A DNA stretch of 52,655 bases, taken from assembly GCA_032718475.1 (NCBI GenBank), contig JAUCBJ010007731.1, positions 1 to 52,655 of the forward strand, in the 5' to 3' direction. The notes under the pieces are model-generated. The model was not told the DNA's origin, made no database searches, and saw nothing but the letters and a program-made list of their open reading frames with translations. Of the stretch, positions 1 to 13,000 are shown one piece after another (positions within the stretch are counted from its first letter, which is position 1; each line of letters starts with the position of its first letter). Position numbers and translations under genes: made by a program. This stretch comes from Nemertoderma westbladi (lineage: Eukaryota; Animalia; Xenacoelomorpha).

Positions 1-101
1 CGGATGAAAAGGACACTGACGAGTTTACTCCAACTCCTTTTGACAAACAACCATCTTGGAAAGTTCCAACTTCCAACATAGGAATAAGAGAATTTCCTGT
101 A

Positions 102-1058
102 GTGCAAGTTCGAGTTCATGGTCCCAACAAGAGTTACATAGTGAACGCCCTACTTGACTCCGGCAGCACAGGAACATTCATCGATCAAGAACTAGCCGAA
201 GATATCTTTGCTGGACAACCCAAGTTCCGGACTAAATTGAATATGTCAGGAATTATGCAGGTTTGGAAATCTACCCTAACGGCAGATTACTATGTAGGTG
301 TGTTGTCCACCCCCCAGGATAAGTTAGGAACACAAGGTATAAGGTCAGTAAAAATGGTGGCTATAAAGAACTTTGCTACTACTCAAGCAGACCTTTATAA
401 TTGGGACGAAGATGAGAGCGTCCAACATCTTAAGATACCTCGATTCCAGACAGATTATCCTGGAGTGCAAATACTTATCGGCCAAAACGCGCATGAGGCG
501 CTCGAGCCATTAGAGAAACGGCCTGCTCAACCACAGCCACTACAAACCTATGCGGTAAGAACTAGAGTAGGTTGGTACTTCACTGGCCCTTCCCGTAGAA
601 CTCTCAAAGAGAGATTACCTCAACAACAGGTATACCAAGTAAAGGGGGAAGTGGAGAGCAGTGATGTGGACGACCCAACTGAGGGAACACCATACTCCTC
701 AGATAATGACGATATTAACTCCAATGTAGATCAATGGAGACATTGCCTTGGGACGATTAATCCAGCCGACATCGCTTCCAGAGGAGCAACTCCTCAAGAA
801 CTGATAGATACTCCAGGCTGGTTAGGTGGACCCGACTCCCTAAGTAAAGAAGAAGATGAATGGCCTCCCCACCTTAACCCGGCTGAGATTAGACAGGCCA
901 AGGGAGCGGAGAAAGTAACACGACAACCTAATCACCCAGCTGGTCGTTTATGTTTACTGGAAAGAGACCAAAAACTGTCCGGAAACCATGGAAGGCAAGA
1001 TACTCTTCCTACGACCACTTCCCTAATCCGACAAATATCTAGGGACTCCATAACGTAA
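102..1058 (+). pseudogene. pol: Deleted pol remnant: aspartic protease fused in frame to the RNase H tail and the integrase C-terminal tail
   Basis: LLDSGS protease motif. The sequence jumps to QWRHCLGTINPADIASRG (RNase H end) and then to GRLCLLERD...SRDSIT (pol C-terminus of copy B). RT, the RNase H core and the integrase core are absent. Confidence 0.85.
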
Positions 1059-2680
1059 TAACATATGGAGTGGGTGTGTGACTATATCATTTTATATTTG
1101 TTTTTATTTTATATTTATGTATGTATTATTATGTAATTTTATTATAATCGTTTTCTTTAATTTTATTTAGTAGAATGTTATTTTAGAATATTTAGTAAAT
1201 TAGTGCAATATATTAGTGTTTATTACGTACATAATTACTTATAATATATATTTAGTGCGACGGCAAGAAGTAATTATTTTCTCTTTCCTTACTGTCCGTA
1301 TTATATTATAAATGCGAGACTATAGTAAGATGACATGTCAGTACTTCTTAAAGTACGGTAAAGCCACTACTATATTTAAGTATTATTGGTAGGCAGAGTA
1401 TTAGGAATGCAAAGTTCAGATCCTCGTGTCTCGGCTAAACCAAGCTCTGGGTAGACCTTGGAAACGACTTGCCTCTTCACACTGACATTGCTTCGTGCGA
1501 TATTGCTCTTCTACCTTATAACAAATAATACATATAGTAGCGTGATGTCCCTCTAACAGTAGCGTCAATCGCAAATAAATCTGTTAAACTTTTGACCATC
1601 TGTAATTCTAGTCGATTAAGATATCGTGGCACCCACCGATATACTTGAAAGACAAATTCTAGAATCAGTGGTTAACGTCCCCAGACAAGTTCTGGAATAA
1701 ATTGGTGCCCATCCTAGATATTAATTTAATATTTATTAAAATCTTTAAAATTCAGATCCGTTAACAATTCTAGTCGATTAAGATATCGTAGCACTTACCG
1801 ATACTCTTAAAAGACAAATTTCATAGAATTAAGGATCTTATGTCCCCAGACTTGCTCTGGAATAAAATTTATGTCAATTTAACATCAAATAATAAAATTC
1901 ACGGGAATAAATTAAATTCATATTTAAATGAATTTCATAAATTGTCATTTTGTGCAATTTATAACATTCCCAAAATTCCAGTAATTAATAGATCATGGGA
2001 GCGGAGATTCATATTGAGTGTGCTAAGAGTGTGAGAATCTCCAACATATAGTCAATAGCCGATAAAATTTATAAAATCATGCATAAAGAGGATATTGACA
2101 ATTAAAGAATTACTATTAAATAACATCCCAGATCTGTATGCATGAGGATTGCCCTAATTCTACCGCTAGTTTTCCATAATGTCACCATGGCAACACCCAC
2201 GCTAGAATTAGAAGCAAGTTAAAAGAACAATAAAAGGCTTGCCCCATTGCGTAGCATAAGAGTATACATAGCGCACTATTAGTATCCAAGGATACATAGT
2301 AAATACGTGACATTCTGGAAGACACTGACTAACGGACAAATGGTATGCATGTGTGCAGTAAGTAATGATTGTATGGAATTTGTGCGTTTATAGGTGAATG
2401 TTACTACTAAAGTGTGTTTACAGTAGCTAATCGCAATTGTAAAATAGCCCTAACTCTACCGAGATAACCTCAAGTGGATTCAAGCCTTTGGGACGGACAG
2501 TGGTGGGACTTGTGCCGGTTATCGTTGTCGTGCTGTGCTACATGTTGGCGTAAACACTGCGACAGCGGTACATCGGCGCTGAGAAACCCACTGTCCGGGG
2601 GCAAAAGGCCTAGTAGGAAGCGACGCCCGCTTACCTAAAATATTAACGTATATTGATATTAACAAACTCAGATAGCAAAT

Positions 2681-4129
2681 ATGACGGAATTAATAGAAGA
2701 TGACCTTGGTATTAGAGAGCGATATACTCTACCTTTACAAGCGTTTGTGGATAGCTTGATACGCGGTGAAGCTGATCCGACTATTACGGAGGACGATGGG
2801 CGCTATATCGAACCGCCGATGTCCCAGGAACAACTTACGCGCGAAGCGGACTATAGAAAATTCACCGCTCGCTATACGAATCGTAATGGTACGTATATAG
2901 ACTTCTTAACTACCGGCCATCCTATCGATTTACATGATACGGACGATGTATACGCCGAAAGGGAAATGGTTCTATTTAAATATCATACCCAGCGGAGTCG
3001 TAACGATAAACCGAGAATAGATCACGAAAATTATATTCGTAACAGACTGGGAAGACGAACCAATATGCCTAGAATCTGAGGAGATTCAGCCTATTGCGCC
3101 CGGAACAACGACAACGATTACATCCTAGAATGGTATCAAGGTCCACAGTGTCTCACTGCGTACGATTATCGCCATGCCAACTATGTTTCTCGGCAACGTT
3201 GTCGGTTATGCGCATCGAGAGACCATGTTACGCCCATGGACACAAACGTCCGCTGTTCCTATTTCCACGAACAACCGGCGATGGAAATTTATTGCGCGTA
3301 TTGCAGATTTAATAATTTGCATATTTTTGCGGTTTGCCCTCAATTTATGACTCAATGTCATCATTGTCAATTAAAAGGACACGCCAGCTTTGATTGTCCC
3401 TTTAACCATGATTTAGAGAGCGTAGATGAAATGATTGTACTACGTTATATCAGAGCTTGGGAAGCGAACGCTGATTTACATTGTGACTCACGCCATCGCT
3501 ATTATCCCGGACGCGCCTACGAAGGAGTTTATGCGTTCCATCCATATTTGTTTGCCTCCGTCGAGCAGAAATCGCGCCTATCAAGTTATGAACTATTGAA
3601 GCGCGTTGGAGAATGTATTTCAACCAAATATGTGCGTAAATTTCTCAGGAGCATTAATCCGAGTGACATCCAGTCTTACAACTTAATAAACTTTATCCGT
3701 CAAGACCCTGCCTATGGAGACTTATTCGTCAACTCACACCCTGAGTTACAAGAAGTATATCGACGGCCTTACGAGTATCGAGCCCGCGAACGCGAGTTAG
3801 AAAGAACCATTAAACCAAGGAAGTTTCTAACGGCCTATGGTCCACCCACGGCCCTCGTTCAGACCACTCGTAAAGGACCCGTAAGAGCGGCTGTCTTGAA
3901 ACGAGCTCTCAAAGCCGTTAGACCCCTCTCCCCTGACGTTGATGTTAATCAACCCGGTACTTCGACCGGCGGATATACCGATCGCAATCCCATACCTTCT
4001 GATGCAATCATATTGCACCCTTCACCCAGGAGTTATAGCCCTCCTAGTAAAGTGGCTCGCCCCAAAGAGAAAAGGACTCTTGCTAGCTTCAAAAAACTGC
4101 GTAAACGCCGTCCGCGCAAGAAAGACTAA
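2681..4129 (+). pseudogene. Deleted accessory ORF3 of copy A: N-terminus of ORF3a joined to the intact zinc-finger/basic C-terminal part
   Basis: 2681-3050 matches the start of the 672-aa ORF; 3050-4129 matches ~30156-31186. It contains CRLCASRDH..C, CAYCRFNNLHIFAVC, CHHCQLKGHASFDC and a KKLRKRRPRKKD tail. Confidence 0.8.
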
Positions 4130-4207
4130 CTGTTTAGAGTATTTTTGTATTTTAGAAACTGTGATTTTGTATATTTTATAGACTTAAATCCCATTTTCTG
4201 GGAGCGG

Positions 4208-5472
4208 TGTAAAAGCTTTTGTGGGATAACTGATACGTTTGCCTTTGCTGGCCAGTTCCCCCCCAGGCGCTGGAATACTCTAAAAAAGGTTTTCTAACTG
4301 TATATATATTCCCCTCGCCCGCAAGGTACCTTTACAGGTGTTTTAACGGACATAAAAATCATTCTGCTATATACGTGTTTTAGCGGACATGGTAAGACAA
4401 AAACTTGTAATGCACCAACCACCTTTCACAGCTTAGCCGTGATGATTCATATTACGACATCTAGCAGCTGGTTGCTGACATGGAAACAGCCATTGGCCGC
4501 GTGGTTCTTTGTTTGGCTTGGGCCAATCAGGGCGGTTTTTCCTGTCGACGTGTAGCTTTTCTGCCGATCATAAGGAGAGTGTTCAGTCTTACTGTTTTAC
4601 TTGTTACTTTGTTGTTATTGCTGTCTAAGCCAGAAACACCGGCATTTTGGATAGATACTGCTGTACCGTAAACTGCTTGAATTATCGAAAGTATAAACTG
4701 TTACCGAATCGAATCACAATTAATTAATCAACCAAATCGAAAGACAGCATTAACTCACTTAATTTAATTGCATTAATCATATTGTTTGTACTGTTATTTT
4801 ACCGTCAGTTATTAATTGTACCTATTTGTTGATGGAAATATTGCTATTTGGATAATACGGATAAATCACCCAATTCCCAATTTTCTTGATAACACTACAG
4901 GTTAGAGAGACCGGCTATACATAACAATTGCGATTTATATTAATGTGGTGTGTATTGAATCCAATGTTATTTAGCAGACCCTACGTGAGTCAATTACTGC
5001 TCTCTTTATGTGTGATCAAATGTACTGACTGTCGGCAGAATAGTGTGTATGATCGTGATTGGTAACAAAGTATTTCCTAAAGAATACGCTTTATACTTTA
5101 ATCATAAGCAGTATCGTTGCGTTTTAGTATAAGTCTTAGTTCTGTTTAAATAGATAAAGCGCCACGTCCTAAAGGAACTGTTAATATTTCCCGAAAGCCA
5201 ATAATATCTGTCAGAGATTAATTATTAACGATCTATCGAATAATACATTAGGTATACACTGCAACCTTACACTGTAATAATACAATTCAAGCATCCGAAT
5301 TCAGTCTCCCGGGTGTAGATCCATCGGGTGAATGATCGCGCATGGGCTGACTTCGGCTAATGTTTTGCGTATTAGCATAAATTATTGTCGTATGCTAAAG
5401 TGGTTTTAATTAACGAAAAGACATATAAATTTTGGCAGGTTAAACTGCTAAAGGTCTTCGAAAGCGCGAACA
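4208..5472 (+). repeat. 3' LTR of copy A (1265 bp, TG...CA)
   Basis: Starts TGTAAAAG after GGGAGCGG and ends GCGCGAACA. Clearly homologous to, but visibly diverged from, the copy B LTRs. Confidence 0.9.
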
Positions 5473-6287
5473 GCCATGATTGACATCTAGTGCAACTTCA
5501 CCAACCAAAGATCGTGGACGGGTTTTTTAATTCGTTGCCCACCAATTTCAATCACATTTCGGCACCCGGATCTCGGGGCATTCATTTCCGAGCTCCAGGT
5601 GTGGCACTACGCCGACCGGGTCCAAATGGAAGGGCTAGTAAGCGGAACACGCAACCCGACTCCCCGTCTGCCTGTCTATGCTAGGAATGATTTGGAGATA
5701 AACGTAGCTAAGGAAAACAAAAGGCATTGGCTTTAATGATAACGGGGCTATTCCTCTGGAAACTGTTTTAGTCTACTTGGATTACGCCGGCCATCGGCTG
5801 GGACGGACGAATGATGCTATTGCCCCTGTCCAAGGTGTGGTCGGTGAAGAATAAACCAACTACACACACACACTGTAGAGTACTGTAAACTCTGTATATC
5901 GGCATGTATAGTTTTTATTATAGTTTTTATAGTTTTTATATCTTTAATTGTTGCTTTAAATAATTGGATTGTTTGCTGTTTGAAAAAAAATTGAACCAGG
6001 TGAATATGTAAGTCAGTTACTTAAATTTTTCATGTATTTGTGAACCCCACGGCCCCACGAAAAATACTATTGTAATACATGTTTATATTAATATATACCG
6101 GTATAATATATAATAATAAATAAACAAATATATTTTTACTTTACGCCCATATTGGCGCCCATTATTATCATGTATACAGTACAATATACTATAATATCGA
6201 TAGAACGCGGCCAACGCACAGTACACATGGGATCTAAGTTCGCTTCTCCTTTAGCGTGTGCTAAGGATTTTGTATAAATTGGGATCT

Positions 6288-6292
6288 AAGTT
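6288..6292 (+). repeat. Left 5-bp target-site duplication AAGTT (right copy 32543-32547)
   Basis: ggatctAAGTT|tgtaaaag ... gcgcgtaca|AAGTTcac. Confidence 0.92.
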
Positions 6293-7570
6293 TGTAAAAG
6301 CTTCTGTGGGATATAACTGGCCCCTTTGCTTCGCAATCCAGTTTCCCCCCAGGCGCTGGAATACTCTAAAAGGTTCTCTAACTGTACATATATTCCCCTC
6401 GCCCGCAAGGTACCGTTACAGGTGTTTTAACGGACATAAAAGTCATTCGTCTATATACCTGCTTTGGCGGACATGGTAAGGCAAAAAACCCTCAATGCAC
6501 CAAATACCTTTACACAGCTTGGCCTTGATGATTCAGATTGCGACATCTAGCAGCTGGTTGCTGGCATGGAAACAGCCATTGGACGCACGGTTCTTTGTTT
6601 GGTTTGAGCCAATCAGAGCGATTTTTTCTGTCGACGTGTAGATATTCGGCCGATGATACTAGGAGTGTTCTGTCTTACTGTTTTTTCTTGATATACTTTG
6701 TTGTTGCTATCTAGGCCAGGAACACCGGCTCTAGAGTCAATTCGTTTTCATACTTTAGAAGAAACATTAGTAGGCTTAAATTATAGAGCGTATAACTGTT
6801 ATCAGTTCAATCCAGTCCATATCATATATCACATATCATACTGTTGTTCATATCATATCTTAACCTACCGTCTTAATGCTTTTACTGTTGTCATATTTTG
6901 TATTAGTTGGTTGAATATTATTTGGAGAATATTTATAAAGAACCCAAATTTCCCAATTTTCTTGATACACTACAGGTTAGAGAGACGGGTTATATATAGC
7001 GATTGTGACTTATATTATTGTGGTTTGTAGTGAATTTAATGCTATTTGATAAGCACTACATGGGTCCGTTGCTGTTCTCTTTATATATGATAAAATTCAT
7101 TGACGGTCGGCAAATTAGTGAGCAGTATTGTGTGTTACCGGTAGTGTGCATGATTGTGACTGATAACTAAGCATTTCCTAAAGAATGCGCCTCATACGTG
7201 AATCATAAGCCTTACCGACTTACCATTGTGATTAGTATAAGTCATATCTCTGTTTACTTAGATAGAGCGCCACGTCCTAAAGGAACTGTTAATATTTCCC
7301 GAAAGTGAATAATATTAGTGAGAAATTATTTATTAACGATCAATCGAATAATACAATACAGTAAGCTTACACTGCAATAATAATCTAAGCCCTCAGAATC
7401 CAGTCTCCCGGGTATATCCAGCGGGTGAATGGACGCGCACTAGGCTGGCTTCTGCTAATGTTGTGTTTATTGGTATTAAATATTTGTCATCTTCTAAAGT
7501 CTATTTATAAACCAAAAGACATATAAATTTTGGCAGGTTAAACTGCTAAAGGTCTTCAAAAGCGCGTACA
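6293..7570 (+). repeat. 5' LTR of copy B (1278 bp)
   Basis: TGTAAAAG...GCGCGTACA. Same length as 31265-32542, with only about seven substitutions seen by eye. Contains a CCAAT box near 6609. Confidence 0.97.
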
Positions 7571-7940
7571 ATAACAGTTATTGACTTTATTGCAGTAAGC
7601 AATAAAGTTGAAAGTACCGGTCGACCGGTAAACCTGAACCGGTACTTTTGTAGGTCAGTAGGCCCAACTGCCAGAACCGGTACTTCGGTAGGTCCGTAGG
7701 CCCAACTGTCCTAACCGGTACTTCCAGTATAAGTACATTAGTATTATTCGATTTTGATTATTGCATACCGGTAGGGTGTTTAAGAGATTAGGGACTGTAC
7801 ACCCCTTGTTTCTTTGGAGCTTACTTATTTCTGTCAGTTTTATTTACATGTAAGTTAATATTGAGCTGAAGACGTGTAAGTCTGCTCAGATTGTTCAGAT
7901 AATTGTAGGCCGGACTGTTGTCGGATTGTTGTTGGGTTTG

Positions 7941-8399
7941 GAGAGATTACGGCGTGTGTAGAGTTTGTCCAATAGAGTGCCAGTTAGTAAGTTGGGGCAG
8001 CCATAGCTGTAAGGTCAATCCCCTCTTAAAGAATAAGTCGTACTACCGTGTTAGAACGCATACTAACTAACCATTTTGGAATCTGCACATACTGTAGTTT
8101 ATTTAGGCTTGACAGTATTCTGCCAACGTTTTGGCCTGTGTTTGTTTGTGTGGTCTGTTCAGGTACCGTAATAGTTATTACTCAGATATTTTGTAGGCTG
8201 GATTGTTGTCTAGCTATTATTAGGTCTGAAGAGATTGCTGCGTGTGTGGAGTTTGTCTGATAAAGTGCCAGTTAGTAAGTTGGGGCAGCCATAGCTGTAA
8301 GGTCAATCCCCTCTTAAAGAATAAGTCGTACTACCGTGTTAGAACGCATACTAACTAACGATTTCGGAATCTGCACATACTGTAGTTTATTTAGGCTTG
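7941..8399 (+). repeat. Direct duplication (~170-bp core, 288-bp period) in the long 5' UTR of copy B
   Basis: cagttagtaagttggggcagccatagctgtaaggtcaatcccctcttaaagaataagtcg... occurs at 7981 and 8269. Confidence 0.85.
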
Positions 8400-9682
8400 G
8401 TGGTAGTCTGCCAGCGTTTGGTTTGTATTTTGTTTGAGTATTCTGTACGGGTAGCGTAATATTTATTATTCAGAGTTTATGCGATTATTCGCAACATTCA
8501 TGTCCCCAAGTTTATTCCTACAGTAATTGTGCTTGTTACACATACCGTTATAGTTAAATTAACCCCGGTACTACACGGGCTGCTTGGCGTAGGTAAAGAC
8601 TGGTGACTTTGTGCTCTGGTCACTCCAGCAGATGCCGTGGTTCTTTTAACTGTTCAAGTATATTTAACTACTGATTATTTGTTTTACCAGTACTTGTACC
8701 TAATTTAGGGTTTAGTGTACAGTGCTTTCCGAAGGTAATTAGTGTGTAGGCAGTGTATTGTGTTGTAAAGTAGTTAATAGGCACGCTGGATCTGGTAGTC
8801 CGCGGTAATTAACTTCTAGGTAGGAACACTCCGTGATACATAACGTAGTACCTATAGCGATACGGCTATAGGTCGTCAGGCGGTGGTATTTTCCTATCTG
8901 GACAGTGCAATATATTTACTACTACTTATTATTTTCAAATACCGTAGTACCCTGTCCGTTGTAATAACCAGAATTCTAACCCTTTGTTAGACTGGTTTGT
9001 AGACTTCCTGTAAAATTACCCTAAAATATCTGTATAAATTATCTGTTTTAGTGTCCCATAGGTAGCACTTCACTGAGAGCGCACAGCTTCTGTGTAGTGA
9101 CTCCCCCAGAAATAATAACATTTATTTCAAATATTGACAAAACCCATTTTTAAACGGGTATATATCTATTATAAATCAACTCAAACGATTTATAAATAGT
9201 AGGCCTGCCATACAACAACTAGGTCTCAATATCAGTTGGACTACTGCTTAAATAACGGTAATAAAGTAAGTTAAAGTAACCAAGTAACCCTAAAATATTC
9301 AGAAATTCAATTATTCTAAAATAATTGACATACCGGTATTTACCATAGGCTTATTATATTTATTTCTATAAATTTGTGCTGAAATCATACCGGTATTCTG
9401 TAATTAATTCTAGTTCATAATTATACTTATATATACTATAAGTGTAAGCTGCATACCGGTATTCACGATAGGCCTATTATATATTTATATATATTTGTGC
9501 TAAAATTATATACCGGTACTCTGTGACAAACCTAGTTTACAATACTTATATATACTATAAGTGTATACCGGTATTCTAATATATTGTAATAAAATACCGG
9601 TACTAGGCCAACGGTCATACTGAATTACTAGACTTGCTTTAACTGTAACTATAGCAGTAAGCATTCAACTGTATAGCTAAAC

Positions 9683-9820
9683 ATGTCTGACACCCAGCAA
9701 AACCTGTCGGACAGTCTAATCGATACAACCATCTGTGACACAGATAGGAGTGTGGAGCGATTAAGAAAGGAGTTCAGCTCACCTCCTACTGAAAGAAAGG
9801 TCATCCCTCCAGTAGTAGTA
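9683..9820 (+). CDS. gag: True N-terminus of gag (46 codons), cut off by the LINE insertion
   Basis: ATG at 9683. Removing the LINE plus one TSD copy joins ...PPVVV to SDPKLIQ... (17429), in frame with the 17603 ORF (174 nt, no stops). Confidence 0.85.
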
Positions 9821-10081
9821 TTATTATTTATTTATTATTTATCGCGCCAATTGCGCGCAAGCGCTAGTCAAGCTAGCATTTATTTGAATTATTTTATTTA
9901 TATATTATATATTATTTATTTGTATTATCATAAAATGAAATAAAATATGTACAAAAATTACACAAAACCAAGGAAACAACCCTAGAAACAACGATGCGAG
10001 TAAAAACCAGTTACACTATATAATTCGCTGGCAACAATCTACCAGTTTATTGACACTATTGTTTGTGGGACCTGGGACACA

Positions 10082-13000
10082 CTACCGTTTATGTACATTA
10101 AAAAAATTTAGAATACGATCATGTTTCAGGGTTATTGGCAATGAAGAGTTGTAACATTCTACTATAAAATTCCGTGCAATGCACTGTTGGTTGGTGAGAG
10201 AGTTCAGATCTATTCTTCCCAAAAGTGATACTTTGCTGTATCTGTAGGTTAAAAGTGATGAGAGTTTCGGCAGAGGATAATGGAGTGTCGATTTAACATA
10301 CGTAGAAAAAATCCCGGCGTATTTGTTTGACGCGTTACTGGTTAGCCTGAGGTAAGTGAGGGAAGATTGTATCAGCACGTTTGGGCAGTCTCTCATCCGT
10401 AAGATTGCCCCGAGATTGTGCCTAAACAGTTCACAGGATAATGGCCGACAGTCCAATAAATTGTAGATGATCAAATTGTCCACATATGGGCCTAAGTGAG
10501 TGACACTACGCAGCGCTTTCCTGTACGAGATATCGAGTTTTTCTAATTCCTCTTTTGTCATCATTCCGATCGTGTACTTTAGAGAATGTATGAGTGATGG
10601 TAGTGCAACAAGGCGCCACAGGTGCCCTACAGTTTGGCAACTCAGATGACGTGTAGTCCAACCACGACGATGAAAGGCATCGGCTAGTCTTGTAGTTGAC
10701 TGTACGATTTCGTTGAGGACTTGCGAACCAGATGTTCTTGGCAGTTTATAGCCAAGAAAGCAGATAAACGGATCAGCTAATATCAAGTTTTGTTTAATGT
10801 TGAGGAACAGTGGCACTGAACTTTCAGGTTGATTTTTACCCAATATGAATGTCCAGATTGTCTTTGATTGCTCAATATTTAATTTGATTTCACCAAGCTT
10901 TGTATTAACTAAACTTATCATATGTTCTAATTCTGCTATGGATTTCCCAAATATGAGAATATCGTCGGCATAAGCAATTATTTGAAACCATAGATTAATA
11001 AGGTTGGAGCTGTCACCCGGTGTCTCAAATGTGGATAAAACGCACCCTGTATAAATATTGAAGAATATCGGGGATAGAAGGGACCCCTGTTTAATGCCAC
11101 GTATGAGTTTGATGCCCTCTAAGTCAATACAGTCACCGCATTTAAGAAACCCCACGGTGTGAGAGTAGTAGCTGATAAGCACTAGGCAAATATGCGGATT
11201 AATATGCTTGGATAACTCATTGAACAAAATTACATAATCTACATTGTCGAAGGCACTTTGTATGTCGAGCTGGCAGACGTATATTGTTTGGCCGATTTGT
11301 CTCTGATGGTTTAAAAATTCCAGAATAGATGCTATGATAAGATCCATACCAATCTTAGCCTGATAGGCCAGCTGAGCCTTCGGTATCAGCTGGTATAGGG
11401 CTGGGAAGCATTCATGTAGTATAACTCCTTCGAGAATCTTTCCGAAAATGCAAATTGTGGATATTGGTCTATATGATCTAGATGAAAGTACTGGTCGATT
11501 CTTTCCTTTATAAATATTGGTTATTAGAGTATTCCCAAACAAAACTGGGATATCTCCTAATCTGAGACATACATTGAACATGTCAGCTATTAATGACGTG
11601 GCAACTTCTTTATTTAAACACAATAAATGCTCTAGAACTAGACCGGAAGCATCTGGTGATTTGCCACGCACTAGAGATTCCAATGCCCGTTCAACAGTTC
11701 TAGGAGAAATAATGGGTGGAATGGTTGTGGTACAGGTTTCTTGTATATTCGCTTTGAGTATGTTGAGCTCATCCTTGAGTTTGAGATCAGGATTGTTATT
11801 GTTTTTCATCTCTTCCTTAATAACGGATTGAGCTTTTTCCGAAGCTATTGGCTTATCTTTGCTATTGAAGTAGTTCCAGAATCTCCGCGGGTTATTGTGC
11901 ATTAGTCCAGCTTCCTTTTTGACTTTTGTGGCCAGTGCACTCTTTGCAAGAAAGTTTTTCAAGCGCCTAATTGATCGGCGAGATTCGTTATATGCAGGTT
12001 TGTATATACTAGACTCATTCTTGTTATCATTGCTCCATAAGTCATATAGTTGACTGCAGGTTCTGATACGGCTCTTTAGTTTCGGAGATGCTCTGATGCG
12101 AAGATTCTTGGTATGTCGTCGAGTTGCAGTTCGTTTAGGTAAGTGAAGGGCAGCCGCTTCATAAATGGATTTCTCAATATCTGATGCAAAGAATGTAACA
12201 TCTGCAATTGTCCATTGTGATAATTGACTAGGTTGCACATTATAAGTTACTTTCAGTCGTCTGACAACTTCTTCCTGATATTGAGTTAGCATGGTCGAAT
12301 TTACCTTTTCCCATGCAATACGTGGTTTGACTTTAAGTGTCCTAGGTTGAGTGGTATGCTTAACTATTGTATGGTTTGTTTTACAATGAGAATCTAATAG
12401 GCATGACGATGTAGCATGTACATGTACATTATCAAGGTGGAAATGAGCAACCACTGGTACATGATCTGAATATAGTTGGAAGTCGTGCTCAAATACTTTC
12501 CCTTTTGTTACACAATTGAGCATATGTTGATTGGTGATAATGTGATCTATGTATGAGAAACCATTACCGCGAAATGTAATACAAGGTCCGGAAAATGGAG
12601 AGTAGGTATCAATTGCGACCAGCTCAGATTCTTTGAGGTAATTATGAAGTAGGCGGCCTCTTTTGCTTATTTTGAGTTTGCATTTCCTAGGACCTTGTAG
12701 GTTACCTAAGTCTGTGTTTGTGTCAGCTAGGATTACGGGTGATGAATCGCTATGTACCTGGAGAATAGTACTGAGCCGCCCAACGTGGTCATTGTAGAGC
12801 GTGGAGTCTTTGGATGTGTCCGGGAAGTAGCAGCATGTCACTACAAATGGCTGTTGGTAGTTACAATAATTAGCACGGATTCCAACCATATCATCCTTAG
12901 AGTCAAATCGAGTTATGTTGTTGAAGGCTGAAGTCCTATAGAACAATGCTACTCCGCCACGTATTACAGTAGATGAGTTATTTCTAGTAGTGAAGACACA

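Larger units (their letters stand above)
1..5472 (+). mobile_element. Internally deleted BEL/Pao LTR retrotransposon (copy A, sister of 6293-32542); 5' part lies outside the window
   Basis: Colinear with ~20830-32542 of copy B (protease region, intergenic region, ORF3 ends, LTR). Three large segments are missing, with junctions near 720, 915 and 3050. Confidence 0.92.

Noticed and set aside
5550-5873. GC-richer segment ending in AATAAA and an (AC)n tail, possibly a SINE or LINE 3' end
   Set aside because: No recognisable pol III boxes, TSD or second copy in the window, so it cannot be supported.
6698-7030. 110-aa hydrophobic ORF in both LTRs (also 31670-32002)
   Set aside because: TTG start, AT-rich composition, and the frame is not conserved in the copy A LTR.
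7528-7545. TTTTGGCAGG as the PBS
   Set aside because: It is present in all three LTRs, upstream of the CA end defined by the TSD, so it is part of U5.
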